In this document: piece after piece, positions 34,303-47,500 of the stretch
Layout of the letters: each line of letters begins with the position of its first letter
How positions within the stretch are numbered: position 1 is the stretch's first letter
From: Paraphysomonas bandaiensis
Lineage: Eukaryota; Protista; Chrysophyceae
Reading direction: 5' to 3'
Assembly (NCBI GenBank): GCA_965644295.1
Contig: CBFFRP010000373.1
Location: forward strand, 1 to 64,000
Length of the DNA: 64,000 bases
Made by a program: the position numbers and the translations under genes
Notes under the pieces: model-generated
What the model was told of the DNA's origin: nothing
Database searches by the model: none
Seen by the model: the letters and a program-made list of their open reading frames with translations, nothing else

Positions 34303-35646
34303 CAGGGGATGGCAGCAATATATTAATTTGTAAACCAGCCAAAATTTTATCCATATTGTTACTGTTAAAGTGGTAAGTATTACGATTCAGCTTAATACAA
34401 GATTGTATCTGTGAGTTATAATGTTCATGAACTGAATTAGAGAGAGTATCTGTTGAAGATGCATGATCGTCATCATAACGTCGTCATTATCAGTTACACT
34501 CATAACGTTGTGCATGATAGTTACGTTTTATATTGTTATTTATAATTCTCACTCTACTGTGTTCATTACTTTACACTTTACACTCTACTAATCACAACAT
34601 TGTTTTACTATTACTAAGATCAATTCTTTATTGCAATCAATAGTCCAGGGCAGGGCCTGGTAACCATTAATGGCCATTAATGTCATTTCCATAAGGCCCT
34701 GGTCCAGGGCCACCTTTTCTTGGCACCAACACTACGAAATATAAATCTATGTATATAAATATCTAGAAAAAGAAAAGAAAAACTTATATAGTTTCATGTT
34801 TTATGTATTGCTAGCTCAAGCAGTGCTTTACACACGTACAGTACTTTTCTTATTTATATAATATTATGTAATATATATTTAATACTGAAATGAAATAAAC
34901 ACTTGAACGATGAATGCAGCGGTTTTAGGATTCCGGTAGAAGATGAATCTGACAAGCTCGAGTGCAAGGTCTGTAGTCTGTAGACGCAGATGACTACAAA
35001 ATGTTAAGAATGGCTACAACAGTTGGAATAGTCAAACAAGAAGTATGTATGGGCTGTATGCACCAATAGTCCCATATAACTTTCGTTTTCAACCTTTAGA
35101 TAAAACGCACAGAATATTTATCAGTAGGCAGAGTGCAGAGTGGATAGTCGACAAGAATTTTCCATTTAAGTTCTGTGATAAGAAGTCTGGAACGACATTA
35201 ATGCAGTAGTATTTGAGACTGTTGGAGCGTTGGAGCTGAAGGTACGTGATACCTTGGATATATCTGAGCTTCAAGCAACAAGCAGTGAGATGGCTTCCCA
35301 TTACGTTAAAGAGAAACAGTTCAATTGTAGAATAAAATTGCATAAATTCAAGCAGGCGAAGAAGAATTGGATATCAGCATGCATTCTACTACACTTAATA
35401 TGATGTTGTTTCTGCAAAATAATCAACACTTGTAGCCAGATACAATTAGCTTTGAATGAAGATGATGATGTTGAGTCACCGATGTTGAAATGAGGTATTT
35501 GATTGCAAGCGTAGTGAGTTCATAATTATAATTTTAATGGCTAGTACTATAAATATAATCTGCGTATGTGTGTACTCACTTATTAATGATATAGAACTAT
35601 AAAAATAACAATCAACAGTATTGCAATATATTGTTGCCTAGTCCTG
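34303..35646. mobile_element. Old non-autonomous hAT-like element
   Basis: 8-bp TSD GTTGTAAC at 34295-34302 and 35647-35654; imperfect TIRs CAGGGGATGGCAGCAATATATT / AATATATTGTTGCCTAGTCCTG. Confidence 0.75.
34651..34701. mobile_element. 51-bp hAT mini-element nested in the 34303-35646 element
   Basis: TIR CAGGGCCT / AGGCCCTG; TSD GTCCAGGG at 34643-34650 and 34702-34709; CCATTAATG motifs shared with 38207-39574. Confidence 0.88.
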
Positions 35647-35853
35647 GTTGTAACCTCCAAAGCCCGAATAGAACCTCTTTCTTGTTGCTTGTTACGCACC
35701 TCATTTTTAGAAAAGTGCGAATGAAAGCTGTACTCTACAATGATGGCGATAGTGGTAATATAATATTACTTACATATTGTAATCGGATTTAATACAAAAA
35801 TATTCCAGACGAAAGATATATATCAAATCATATCAACTGTATTGGGTGGTCTA

Positions 35854-36592
35854 TCATTCTAATTTACCGGCAATTTTGAATTTGTATGTCGTGAATATAT
35901 ACACTACTATCACCAGTGTTACAATAGGAATGTAAGCTGTTATAATAGGATACTCAGTGGCAAATGAGTGCGTCATGCCTCGTAAATTCTGTGAGAGCAT
36001 AGCTTTCGCATCAACAATTTTCTCAACAACACTGTCGTGCGAACTATCCAGTTCATTCTCCTTACGTTCAATATTCTGTATGCGCAGCTGCTCTTGAGAC
36101 GGACGCAAAATGAACTCCTTAGAAACTTCCACAGTTCCATGATCCATAGCCCAACCTAACACAAACTCTCAAATATATCAATCTGTGATTTACAATAATA
36201 CCCGCCCAAATAGAAACAATTTCCCCTTCAGAAGGCATGACAAGGGCTGATATTTTTCTACATGATCTGTGCCCTTCACAACCACCTGGCTGGAATTCAC
36301 CATACGTGCATTCAAACAAATATTCTCCGGTTGTATCTGATAAGGATACTTGCAATACTTCACCGGAAACATAAGTGTCATTCGACGACAGTCTCTCACC
36401 CTCTCGCTCTACTATAATATGCCGCTTATCTGATTGAATAGTTTCTTCATTCATGACTACTGCTCCCGGGCGGAAATCTCTCTCACAGAAGTCGTTTTCC
36501 ATCCATGAGGCGAATCCACTAACAGGTGGCATGAATAGAGTGATTCCGATAGAGATGACCCATACGGTTAACATGGTTATTGGCGATGTCAT
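35854..36592 (-). CDS. Hypothetical type-I membrane protein (signal peptide, Cys-containing ectodomain, C-terminal TM); 2 exons
   Basis: Hydrophobic N-terminus ending VSG|FAS; intron about 36157-36201 joins SIWAG to WAMDHG; TM IITAYIPIVTLVIVVYIF. Confidence 0.75.
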
Positions 36593-37168
36593 TCCAACTG
36601 TCGAAATCACGAACACACAGACGCACGAGGGTCAAGTGTGAATGCAATGAAATGGGAAGAATGCTATTGTTGACTTCCAGTTTGGGCTACCCACATATAG
36701 CGCATGTAGAAAACAAGCAATATATACTCAAAACCGCAATTTTATGAGAGAAAACCCCTTTATACTGGAAAATATCAATGTGCAAATACTTGGAAATTTG
36801 GATATGGACCCTACACTAAAATACAGAGCGTGTACAGTGTATCCTCTGTGCATTTTTGTTCCAAGATGCCTCAAATATTGAGGCAACAATTATATGTAGT
36901 GTAGCCGTAGTTTTGTTGCAGTAATATAGAGGATTTATGCTTCAATTTATTTCCGAAAAATAAGATGCTGACTGCCGATACGATGTGTACCGATTTAAAC
37001 ATTTGAATAAGCACAGCACGGAAGTGCTCAGCAAGATACAGACAGACACGCACTTCACTGCTGTACGGCACGCACTTTGTGTTCCATAGAGCGAAGACAC
37101 AGAGTTGGTTGTTAACAGCCAACAGCCCATAGTATGGTTATGTAGATATTGCTTCATCATAATCGACT

Positions 37169-37720
37169 ATGCTTTCCAATGAAATACAATTCGCTTCACC
37201 CAACAGCGGAACACTTGTGCTGAATAACCTCGCCATATCAGTAGAGGGCACTCGCTTATGCTCTCACTCGAAGGGCTCGTATGTTAGCTATGACATAGTC
37301 GTGTCCACACCGAATAGAGAGCGCACATGGAAAGTGATAAAGCGATACAGGGAATTTCGTAGGCTGTTTCTTGATATAACTGCAGTGAGAGGCAGGCATG
37401 TGGGTCTATCGCGCCTGAAAAAGTTCCGATTTCCACACAAAACTATATTTTGTAGTGACAAAATGATTGAGCATAGGAAATTGTGTTTCGGTCTACTTCT
37501 TGAGCTAGCATTGAGAGTAGAGCCAGTTACCAGTATTGTGAGCGATTTCCTGGATGTCTCTAGTAACTTGAAAGGGTTTCAATGCAAATCTATTGTTCCT
37601 TTTGAAGGACATACACTGAAGTCGATTCACTGTGCAGAGCCTAGTCCGATATATGATTTATTTGATGGAAATTCACACTCCCCGACCACTGTTCACGAGC
37701 TATTCCCAGAAACATACTGA
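37169..37720 (+). CDS. PX (Phox) domain protein
   Basis: YDIVV..WKVIKRYREFRRL..FPHK..IEHRK pattern. Confidence 0.8.
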   Translation: MLSNEIQFASPNSGTLVLNNLAISVEGTRLCSHSKGSYVSYDIVVSTPNRERTWKVIKRYREFRRLFLDITAVRGRHVGLSRLKKFRFPHKTIFCSDKMIEHRKLCFGLLLELALRVEPVTSIVSDFLDVSSNLKGFQCKSIVPFEGHTLKSIHCAEPSPIYDLFDGNSHSPTTVHELFPETY

Positions 37721-38206
37721 CTATTATATGAGTAACACTCGTGAAGTACCTTATATTATATTATATACCCTCTTTCTGAATCTCAATTTCAAGTTTTAGT
37801 ATTGTTAAACTCAAGCGTTATGATTCTGTATGAATTAGTATTCGAAATAATTAGATGCTATGTTATTCTTAATTATATTACCCTCGTCAATTATCTTTAA
37901 GTAAAAATTAAGGAAGGGTATCACTTCGGGATCAATGGAAATATATTGCTCTACATATGTACTTCATATATGGCTACATGGCATTCCAATTTCATATTTA
38001 TTACAGCGTGTGCTCAATGCTCAATGGGCAAACAGATTAGCTCTATATTACCATATAGCAATATATCTGAATAATTCCTGCACGAGCAACTCCAGAGCTT
38101 AACTAATACCTATCATTGCTAACCTTTTTACTTATATTGATGACGAAGTGTTTGGTAGAAGCACTTAACTAGACAATACACAGTGCACAAGTGATATCCT
38201 AAAATC

Positions 38207-39574
38207 CAGGGCCTGGTAACTGGACCATTAATGGTAGTCCAGTTCCCGGAAATTATAATGGACCTTTCTGTTACCACTGCACTCCGAGTCAAAGCTGTAC
38301 TTCACATTTGTTGGGAATATGAATACATATCGGACCATCATATCTCTTGCCCAAGAATCAGCTATGATCTTCTTGTCCTTGTTGGGGATGATCGTCTGGA
38401 GCCGTCATTGCGTTGGAATGTGGGGAGCATTAACCTTTTCTTTTCAGAGAAGACGCCACAGCATGTACCTCTGCACAAGAAGTCTCTTCTTCACGAATCG
38501 GATAAACGGCACTACCAGAGATATCTCACATCCTGCGACCGCCTCCGTAGAGAGCTAGCGCAACTGTCTCAGTTTCCAGGTTTTGTGTGCCTTATTTTTA
38601 TCAATTGCTATATCATACTGCCCTTGTAGCTGCGCCATTGCGGCCTTCAGCTCTGCAATCTGAGACATAAGGTCTTTAACACTCTTCGCTGAGATTTCAG
38701 CGTTATTACCGCTAGCTGAACGACTTCTTTGCTGTTACTTGGAGGAACTGAATCGTCTCCTCATTCTCACTGCACTTCTTCTGCAATGCTAATATCCAAG
38801 TCAACAACCTCTTGCTCGAGGCTATCCAAAGAGTCTGCGTCCATCGTAATCTGAGCCTAGTTCTTCAACACCACGCGGCATTAATGAAAATGTCCCGGCA
38901 ATTTGAAATGGCCACTAATGGCCCATTAATTGCCATTTATACCCAAAAAGACAACACCATAATAGATAGTGTGGTGCTCCCTTCATTACTAATTAAGTTA
39001 AATAACAGACTACGAATTGTAACTACTTCTCGCTTTCAACTGGCACATCAGGGTCATCTTGCAAGGACGAGTGATATGAATTCATTTTCTACGATCAGGT
39101 GTCATAATCAAATTTACACGATTACAGAGCCTCTCAACAACAACATTAGATTGCGCTTCAATATAAAGCAAGCAGCGGTAGCTGGACTCATAGGTACCAA
39201 GTCGAGTTCTCTTGATGACCTCGATGCTGTCCAGAACACGCTGTGCTAAGTCAGCTTTTTTTCGTAATTGCTGTCAGATGAGAGTAAACTGGCATTCTTA
39301 AACGTCTTTAGATTTTTCATCAAGGAATGCCAATTTGCTCGCACAGAAAACACACATAGAGCCCGAACGATGGTGACTCGGTGGTCCTTCAAATCTACAA
39401 ATCCACTCGGAGTAGATTGTTTAGATTCACTCTTCATAGCATATATCAAGTACCAGTACATGTCATTAATGGGATGCCATTAATGGTAGTCTAGTTCCTG
39501 GCAATTATAATGGAATTAATGAAAAATGTCCCGGCAATTATAATGGCATTACCATTAATGGCTACCAGGCCCTG
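38207..39574. mobile_element. Non-autonomous hAT element
   Basis: TIR CAGGGCCTGGTA / TACCAGGCCCTG; TSD CTAAAATC at 38199-38206 and 39575-39582; repeated CCATTAATGG and CCGGCAATT motifs. Confidence 0.92.
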
Positions 39575-39898
39575 CTAAAATCTATGTATCATATATTTCA
39601 GTGGATAAGTGGTATCCTAAAGTATTTTTCCTCAGTTATTTGTTCAACAGTTGCTTAGAACTATTTCACATATTTTCATGGAGGATATATCTATAATCTA
39701 TAATAAGAGCCTGTTATTCACCCTGCTAAAATCTACGTATCATATATTTCAGTGGATAAGTGGTATCCTAAAGTATTTTTCCTCAGTTATTTGTTCAGCA
39801 GTTGCTTAGAACTATTTCACATATTTTCATGGAGGGTATAGCTTTATCATGCTAGCCATATATCATCTGTAATCTATAATAAGAGCCTGTTATTCACC
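39570..39898 (+). repeat. Tandem duplication of about 150 bp starting at the hAT right end
   Basis: CCCTGCTAAAATCTA..GCCTGTTATTCA at 39570-39720 repeats at 39721-39898 with a short indel. Confidence 0.9.
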
Positions 39899-40063
39899 TG
39901 CAACAATGCAACTGTAGCTCCAATAATAAATTACGAAATTATTCATACGTACTATACATGACATCATCGTTTAGCCTCAGTGGAAAATAGTTTATAAAGT
40001 AACTCTAAATAAAAATCAACTGAAGTTAGAATATTCTCCATAGCAATGATACAACCCTCGCCC

Positions 40064-41608
40064 TTACAGCCCCATAATTCGTTTCAGTCTATTATAATCC
40101 CGTTTCGCGTCGGCTTCATCAGAAAACGGATAGGAAGCACCGAGGGCATCTGCCACTGCAAAGCCGGAGCACAACGAAAGGTCGTGTCCATTGCCAGGAG
40201 TTGCAAAACTGCCGCAAAAGTACACACCCCTCTCCCCCTGTATATATCGCAATCCCATTGTAAGAAGAAGTCCAACAAGTGAAAGGTGGGGGTGGTTTTT
40301 GATGTTTCGGACTTCACCACATTTGTTTTGAATGGACTCCGGACTTTGAGCTCCATAGGTAACAAGGCGTGGTGTGCATCTACCTATAGAATATAAGCCC
40401 TTCTCGTGTTGCAGTGACGGCATCCAGGAAGAGAGGATGAAAGTATTGGTGTATCGCACCTGTCCCTCCTCTATCCTGGATTCGATATAGTTGGCGTAAC
40501 TGTCAAGCAGTTCATTTCTATGGGCAACTGGTAAAACAGTTGAATCACTATGAATTATACCAGTTATAAACGACGCATCCCATTCATCAGTGTACGTCAC
40601 CGCAGCAAGTATCCATCGGGCTATTCGCGAGAATCCATTTCCGAGAGTGCGAGTAGCGTGATGGGCATTACTTGCAAACACTACCCTGTCAAAGTCACTG
40701 TATGTTCCGGAAGAAGTCACAATACTCCACTTGCGAGAGTGCGGGTTTTGATATACAGAAAAAACGGAATGTTCCGGATGACGTGTGAGCGTACTATCAG
40801 CCGACCCCTTTGCGGAGGCCATACGGTCGAAGACATCTCGGGAGGATGCTACCCAGGATTCCATGCTAGGACTAGAAGTAAGAGGAATTAAACTATTCAA
40901 GGTTGGTAAAATTACAGCAGGTACTCCGTCCAAGTGCACTGTGAGAAACGAACTTGCATAGAGTGGCACAATTACATCCTGCCAAAATTCATCTGAAACG
41001 AAAAAGAGTCGAGATAGGATACGCAAAGGAATTATATTCATAGGGTTCAGCATTGACATATGATACAATGATGCTTCATCTGTTCCATTAAAGAATCGAT
41101 TTATACAATGAACCAACCAGATCATTTTGTTCCAGCAGTAGATATCATTCCCATACCGCCTTGAAAGGCCCATAGCTTTCTCATGTGCGAAATACATACC
41201 ATTCACGCTACGAATACAAAAGGGTAATGACACATTCTCCGTGCTCACATTAAGTGCTTTTAGTAATGCCTTATAGTTACGGAAGTAGGCAGCCGGCCAT
41301 GCTAGTACACTGAGACCGGTAACAGCTCCATCAGGCCAATCAAATGTCTTGGCGTTTCCACCAAAGTCACTACGCTCTTCAAATAAGTGAACGTCAAAGC
41401 CATTCGATGAATTCAGCGAGTACGCGCACCCATGCCCCGCGATTCCTCCTCCTATTATCGCAATTCGTGTGTGCTCATTGGCTGTCTTTACTGTTCGGTG
41501 GGCCTCTTCTATACGTATCAACCTTATCCCTGCCTGACAAAGAATGAGGATGCTCAAACGAACAATTTCAAAGACCGCCAAGAACACTTGACGCAGTTTC
41601 GATGTCAT
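40064..41608 (-). CDS. FAD-dependent oxidoreductase (amine oxidase-like Rossmann fold); intronless
   Basis: IAIIGGGIAG..A; FEERSDFGGNAKT; C-terminal YFCGSFATPGNGHDLSLCSG. Confidence 0.88.
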   Translation of the reverse strand: MTSKLRQVFLAVFEIVRLSILILCQAGIRLIRIEEAHRTVKTANEHTRIAIIGGGIAGHGCAYSLNSSNGFDVHLFEERSDFGGNAKTFDWPDGAVTGLSVLAWPAAYFRNYKALLKALNVSTENVSLPFCIRSVNGMYFAHEKAMGLSRRYGNDIYCWNKMIWLVHCINRFFNGTDEASLYHMSMLNPMNIIPLRILSRLFFVSDEFWQDVIVPLYASSFLTVHLDGVPAVILPTLNSLIPLTSSPSMESWVASSRDVFDRMASAKGSADSTLTRHPEHSVFSVYQNPHSRKWSIVTSSGTYSDFDRVVFASNAHHATRTLGNGFSRIARWILAAVTYTDEWDASFITGIIHSDSTVLPVAHRNELLDSYANYIESRIEEGQVRYTNTFILSSWMPSLQHEKGLYSIGRCTPRLVTYGAQSPESIQNKCGEVRNIKNHPHLSLVGLLLTMGLRYIQGERGVYFCGSFATPGNGHDLSLCSGFAVADALGASYPFSDEADAKRDYNRLKRIMGL

Positions 41609-41885
41609 GATAAGGGCAAGTGTTCATGTAAGCAGCAGGCTCATGAGCGCAGAGCATGTGCATATCCATCATCAGAGTATCCATCTCCTCATTGACTGGA
41701 ATACATAGGAATACATGTATTCCTATGTGTACAAGAATAGAAAGATATGTGTATTCCGCGTATACTGAACGGTATACCGCGTGCAGTGAGAGATGGTGTG
41801 CAGATATACGTATACACAGAGAGAGTTCAGTCTCTGCATGGTATACATATAATCTTATAGTAACCCAAGTACACCTGACCATACA

Positions 41886-43029
41886 ATGGGACGACGAGAC
41901 CATCGCAGTAGAAGCCGGAATCGTCGAAGCGGTAGTCGTTCACGTAGCCGTTCTCGAGACAGGCGCCGATCCTATAGCCCAGATAGACGTGAGAGGCGCT
42001 CGAGACGCAGTCGCAGTCGCAGTCGGTCAGATGATCGGCGAGGGAGACGTGATCGGTATTGTGAAATATATATCTGTGAATATGCTGATTTTTGTGTGTA
42101 AAGGTCAAGATCAGTTGATAGTTTCGATCGTCACAGAGCGCACTCCAAGGACCTGTCCGCAGCCGTGCACTCTGAGCAAATAGAAAATGAGATAGCAACT
42201 CTTGTGGCAAAGAAAGTAAAAGCTTGTGCTGAAGAGGAAGGTATGCTACTGCCTCTATTGGTTCTGTCTCGGATTAATCTTTAAGCTAGTTCGGCGGTAT
42301 GTGGCAGGTGACGAGTACAAACTTATGGTCGAAAATATGAAGCGCCGTGAACGTGAACGAGTGATGGAAGAGGTCCGAGAAGAAATCGCTAGAGAAAAAG
42401 CTGCACTGCTTACTGCTGAACGGGAAAAACTTACGAAAGAAGTGGACGAAAATGATCGTCTTGAAGAAATTTTGGCTGAAAACCAGCGTAAAATAGAGGT
42501 GATAAAAGTTGCTTTGATATTACTAAAATATTTCATGTACTATGCACCAGGAGCAAAAAAGACGAGAATTGGAGGCGCGGCAACTTGAGGGGGCGGAACG
42601 GCTTAAGGAGATCCAGTTGAGACGCCAGGCTGAGGTATGTGTACTTTGATATTGCGTGGCATCTGTAAGATTCCGAAGGAGGAGCGGCTAGCAGAGGAAG
42701 AACGGAAGCAAGAGGCCGAGCGACTGCGAGAAAAACAGAGTCAGCAGCAGATTTTATCGAGGTATTTAGACGTTGGTGTGTTATTTTGTCGCTCTGTTGG
42801 TTATGTGGCTGCTTGCTTGAGGGAAGTGGGATACTTCTAGTTATGCTCTGTACATACAATGCACCCGTGGTTTCAAGATCAGACTTTGCACAGGATACTT
42901 ATATACCTATGGGTCAATTGGTGGAGATGCTTATGCACCCGCTAGGACTTGTTTCACACTCAAATTTTAATTATATCTCGCAGGGACAAAAAACTAGCTT
43001 TTGGATTCAAAAAGAGTTCTATTTTCTAG
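41886..43029 (+). CDS. ARGLU1: Arginine/glutamate-rich protein 1-like (multi-exon)
   Basis: RS-rich N-terminus, E/R coiled coil LEEILAENQRKIE, ending QQQILSR|DKKLAFGFKK. Confidence 0.8.
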
Positions 43030-44113
43030 CAGTATGTACCCTTACAGTGTATACATATATCAGCCATTTATCTTGAGGTAGTTGACGTCGCCTTTCAAAA
43101 ATACGCATATTGAAGAGGTATCTGAAAATTCATGTATATTGTTCGCTATTGGTAACCTATAGAGCCACTAGGGATGAATTTCGTTACTTTACTTGTTCAT
43201 ATGTAATATGTAACTATTAAGCAGTGAAGGCATATAGGCATATAGAGTTATCCCCATTTTGTCTAAAAAAAAGTGTTTATTGACCTGATGTGGGCTCAAC
43301 AGAGCGCTCATCATAGTACCGGGCAAATATAGACATTCAACGTCAATATTCGATTCAACAGCTCACTTCTATCTTAATTATGCTATTAACATATTAACAG
43401 TCATTAGTATGTATTATGTATGTGAATTCATTTTATTACATATTTGTAGAGGAACCACAGTGATGAGCCAACTATCCAATGCTGATCATTAAACAGTACA
43501 AGTTATATTCCATCCTTCGACTGCTGTAGAAGATCATAGTGATGTCAGTACAAGCAATCTACCTTCATAACCACGGCTTCGAAACAACTTTAAGAATATT
43601 TCAGGAGAGTTTAAGTGCATTATCTGATGATGTATACAGTTTTTTCAGGGTTCGGGTTTCATTTTGTTTATTAGTAAATTGTGTGCCTCTTATAATACAT
43701 CATATTCAATCAGGTGCACTAGCAGAGGTTAAGCGCATTGTATATAAATGTGATGATGGTGCTACTAATTAAGGTAATAAGAGGCCTTTCGTGCGACTAC
43801 AACTGTTCACATTCATCATCACACTTATGTACGAATTTCCCTCAGTATCCTTTTGTGGTAGGAGTGAATTTGTTGTAGCTATTATATATATAAATTTGGG
43901 AGTTTATTGTTTGAGTTGATCTATAGTGCAATTGATATTCCCTAAGCATACACAGATATACAGTATACAAATTCCATAGGAATTCTCATTTGTTTTCTTA
44001 ATGTTAATCAGGAAAAACAGATTTCTTCTTACAACAAGCAAACAAGCTACTGATACCTAATACCTATTAAATCTAATATTAAGCCTTCAACATCATGAGG
44101 ATAAGCTACTTAA

Positions 44114-44228
44114 CCCAGGGATAAGGAGGCTCGTCCCTTGTCTTTTGTCTAAATTTTAAAACTTAGACTTTTCGCCCTCGTTTCAAAATTTTGAGCGTGG
44201 GACGATATAGCCTCCTTATTGACCGAGG
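44114..44228. mobile_element. piggyBac-like MITE, 115 bp
   Basis: TTAA at 44110-44113 and 44229-44232; CC..GG ends; IR ATAAGGAGGCT..CGTCCC / GGGACG..AGCCTCCTTAT. Confidence 0.7.
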
Positions 44229-44242
44229 TTAAATATAAATAA

Positions 44243-44534
44243 TGTTGAGATCTGAAGATTCTATATACTTGCAATTGAGTGCAGTATTATGTGAGATGCA
44301 AGGATCGAAAGATATATATGTAATTAGTACATTATATTATGTAGTATGAAACTGAAGTAGAAGTGGATGACTATACAGGATACGATGACTGAGTGTGTGG
44401 TTGTACACTATAGTAGTAAATGAATGGTGTTGAACACATCGAACACAACTTAGGTTCTTTATCATGTAATGTTTATAATTTCATCTTATCAGTTGAGAAT
44501 AGTAAACCTTAGCAAATAATGTCAACTTCTGTTA
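44243..44534 (+). repeat. 5' LTR
   Basis: TGTTGAGATC...CTTCTGTTA; no difference from the 3' LTR seen by eye. Confidence 0.96.
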
Positions 44535-47500
44535 TGGTAGCGAATGCTAGTTGTAGGGATGGGGAAGATGACAAGAAGCTACGGTTTGACAAGAACCAAG
44601 CAGACTATTCAGCGAGAAAAATCAAGATGCATCTAATGAAGAAAAACCGAAACCATCTTGGCTTGGAGGACCCGCCAGCCGGAGGAAGGAATTTAGAGTC
44701 ATGGAGAGAGCGTAATGATACCTGTGTTAGTACTATTTGGGAGGCTTGCGAGCATGACCCTGATGTGTTGGAGGTAGCCAATCAATATTTGGAGGGGAAG
44801 GCAATTTTACCTGCTGATGATCCTGCTAAGGAGGTGTTATCCAGTGAGCTCCTTCAGACACTGGTTGATAGGTTCAGAGGCGAGATTGGGACTGTATTGG
44901 AGAAGACTACGGCAGAATACCATTCGTTCAAAATAAGGCCGGGGGAAAAGGTGTCTGTTGGGGTAGATCGACTGAACGGTATAATCCAGAAGCTCATAAA
45001 ATTGGGACAACCGCAGACAGAGGCAAGTAAATTAGCAAAGATAAAAGCAGCGCTGCAGATAGAGGAATTACATGATTTATGGATGTCGGTAGCGATGATG
45101 CCTAAAGCAACAACTACATTTGATTCGGTGAAAGAGGCTTGTGAAGAGTATGACGAGGCTATGACGCAGCTGAAGAAACTAAAGGGAGACAAATCTGAAG
45201 AGATCAATTTTACGGCGTCGAAGGAGCCAGTGGTTTGTTCATTTTGTCGGAAGAAGGGACATGTAGCAGCGAATTGTTATGCTAAGGAACGACAAAGAAA
45301 AATGGATAAGTTCAAAAGAAAAGGGAAGACAAAGGAAAAGGCTTCGAAGAGTGTGCAGCAGCCAGGATCAAAGGATTATACTGGTTGTCATATCTGTGGA
45401 GATTTTAGTCATAAAGCCCGACAGTGCAAGTCGAAAAAACGGAAGAACATAAAAAACCCGGATAATGAGAATCCTCGAAAATCGAACAGGAAATTCGAGA
45501 CAGAATGGAAGAAATACGTCAACGACGGAGAGTCGTCGGATGATGAAGCGAATATGTTTGGAGAAGAGGTTTTGCTATCGGTGGATACGTCGGAAGAACC
45601 TCGTGTATATCTGGACAGTTGTGCAAGTAAAAGACTGTTTATAGTAAAGGATAAAATTGCACTGGAGTCATTTACTCCTGAGTTTGGGGCAATCCAACTA
45701 ACTAGAAAGGGTTCTCAATTGGAGACACAGGGGGCTGGTACATTCGGGGAATGGAGAGACATCAGAGTTAGTGAAGAAGCGGTGAAGAACATTGTGTCAG
45801 GAGGGATGCTGAGATCAATGGGATACGGATTACAACTGCTTCGAAAGCCTAAAATCGTGGAATTGGACTCTGGAAACGAGGTGTTGACTGGAGAGTACGA
45901 TGAGCATGGAGGGATGCCGTATGTGGACTTGATGGAGGTGTTAAATCTGCCAAATGTGTCTATGTGCAATCAGATGGAGGAGGTAAATTTGTCGGATAAT
46001 ACAGGACAAGATGCGTTGGATCGCTTACATGAGCGTACTGGACATGTCTCGAAATCGAAGTTATTAGAAGCTCACCGACACATGTTATTCAGAGGATCAG
46101 GACTACAACGACATCACCTTTCGAAGGCAAAGGAGAAGAGTTGCAAGAAACCCCTGTGTAAATGGTGTGCCAAGGCGAAGATAACCAGGCATTCGTTCAA
46201 ATCACGGGACAACGAAGAGCTAAGCGCAGTCAGGTTCCTGGAAAGAGTAACAGCGGACATCTCCGTCTATCTCAATTGTGAATCCAGACAAGGGTATAAG
46301 TACGTGCTCCTATTTACGGACTTAGCAACAAAGATGATATGGGAATATGGATTGAGGACTCGAAGCGGAGAGGAGGTGTTCAAATGTCTACGACACTTGT
46401 GCGAGGTCCACTTAGTGAAGTACGAGGGGTGGAACCGTATAGTGGAGTATCATGCCGATGGAGGATCCGAACTTATTAGTCAGCAGATAAGAGAGTATCT
46501 GTTGCAGCGATATGGGACTCGGGTGTCACATACAACACGAGACACGCCAGAGCTCAACGCGGTGTCTGAGAGGAAATTCCGAACAATTGGGGAGATGACA
46601 CTGACGATGTTGACGGCATCTGGACTTCCAAAGTCGTTCTGGTCTGATGCTTATCAAACTGCATGTTACATTGTGCGACGAATGCCAACTCGGACGTGGC
46701 AAGGATGGATGTCTCCATATGAGTGTGTCCCAGGGGGGAGCGTTCCCAGCCTATCGTGGCTACGGAAATGGGGGTGCAAAGCATATGTGCTAACACCCAA
46801 GGCCGACAGGAGGAAGGACTGGGAGGACAAAGCAATGACAGGTTATTTCATAGGGTATCCAGCTGATCGAAAAGGATACAAGGTGCTAGTGGGGGACACC
46901 GTAGTACACTCTGTACATGTATTATTTGATGAATCGGTACCTGAGAGGTCTCAGGATTATTATAGAGAGCTGGAGGAGGCTCAAGTGGCTATAGATCCCG
47001 AGGCTCGTCAACCGGGTGAGTTTGAGTATCTTATCGGAAAGCACCATGAGGATGGTGGTCTGCTATACAAGACTAACAGAGTGGTGATAAGGAAGGGACT
47101 TATTGTGGGATACCGGTCGTTGGTTACTGGTAACCAGGTTCAAGTGGAGGATAAAACTCCTATTCATATTGCTGACATCAAGAAGATGACAGAGGATCTT
47201 GCGCAGAGGGTGGTTAGGGCCAGAGTTACTGACAACCGTGACGGCGGTATCAGCGGAGTGGTGCCACAGCAGTCGGAAAGTGGGCAGGTGCAGCCCCAGG
47301 CTGACTCAGCATTACCTTCGGGGGAAGGGACCCCTGCCGAGAATCATCCGCACGGCAAACGCGCAAGAACTCCAAGGACGGTAACGAATGTGTCGGTGTT
47401 AGGACAAATCCATCATTTGAGTGATGAGAGTGATGTGAGTGACCTTTTACAGGAGGCAGACTCAGTGTGGATGTCAGCGGAAGAGTCGACAGTGCCTCAG

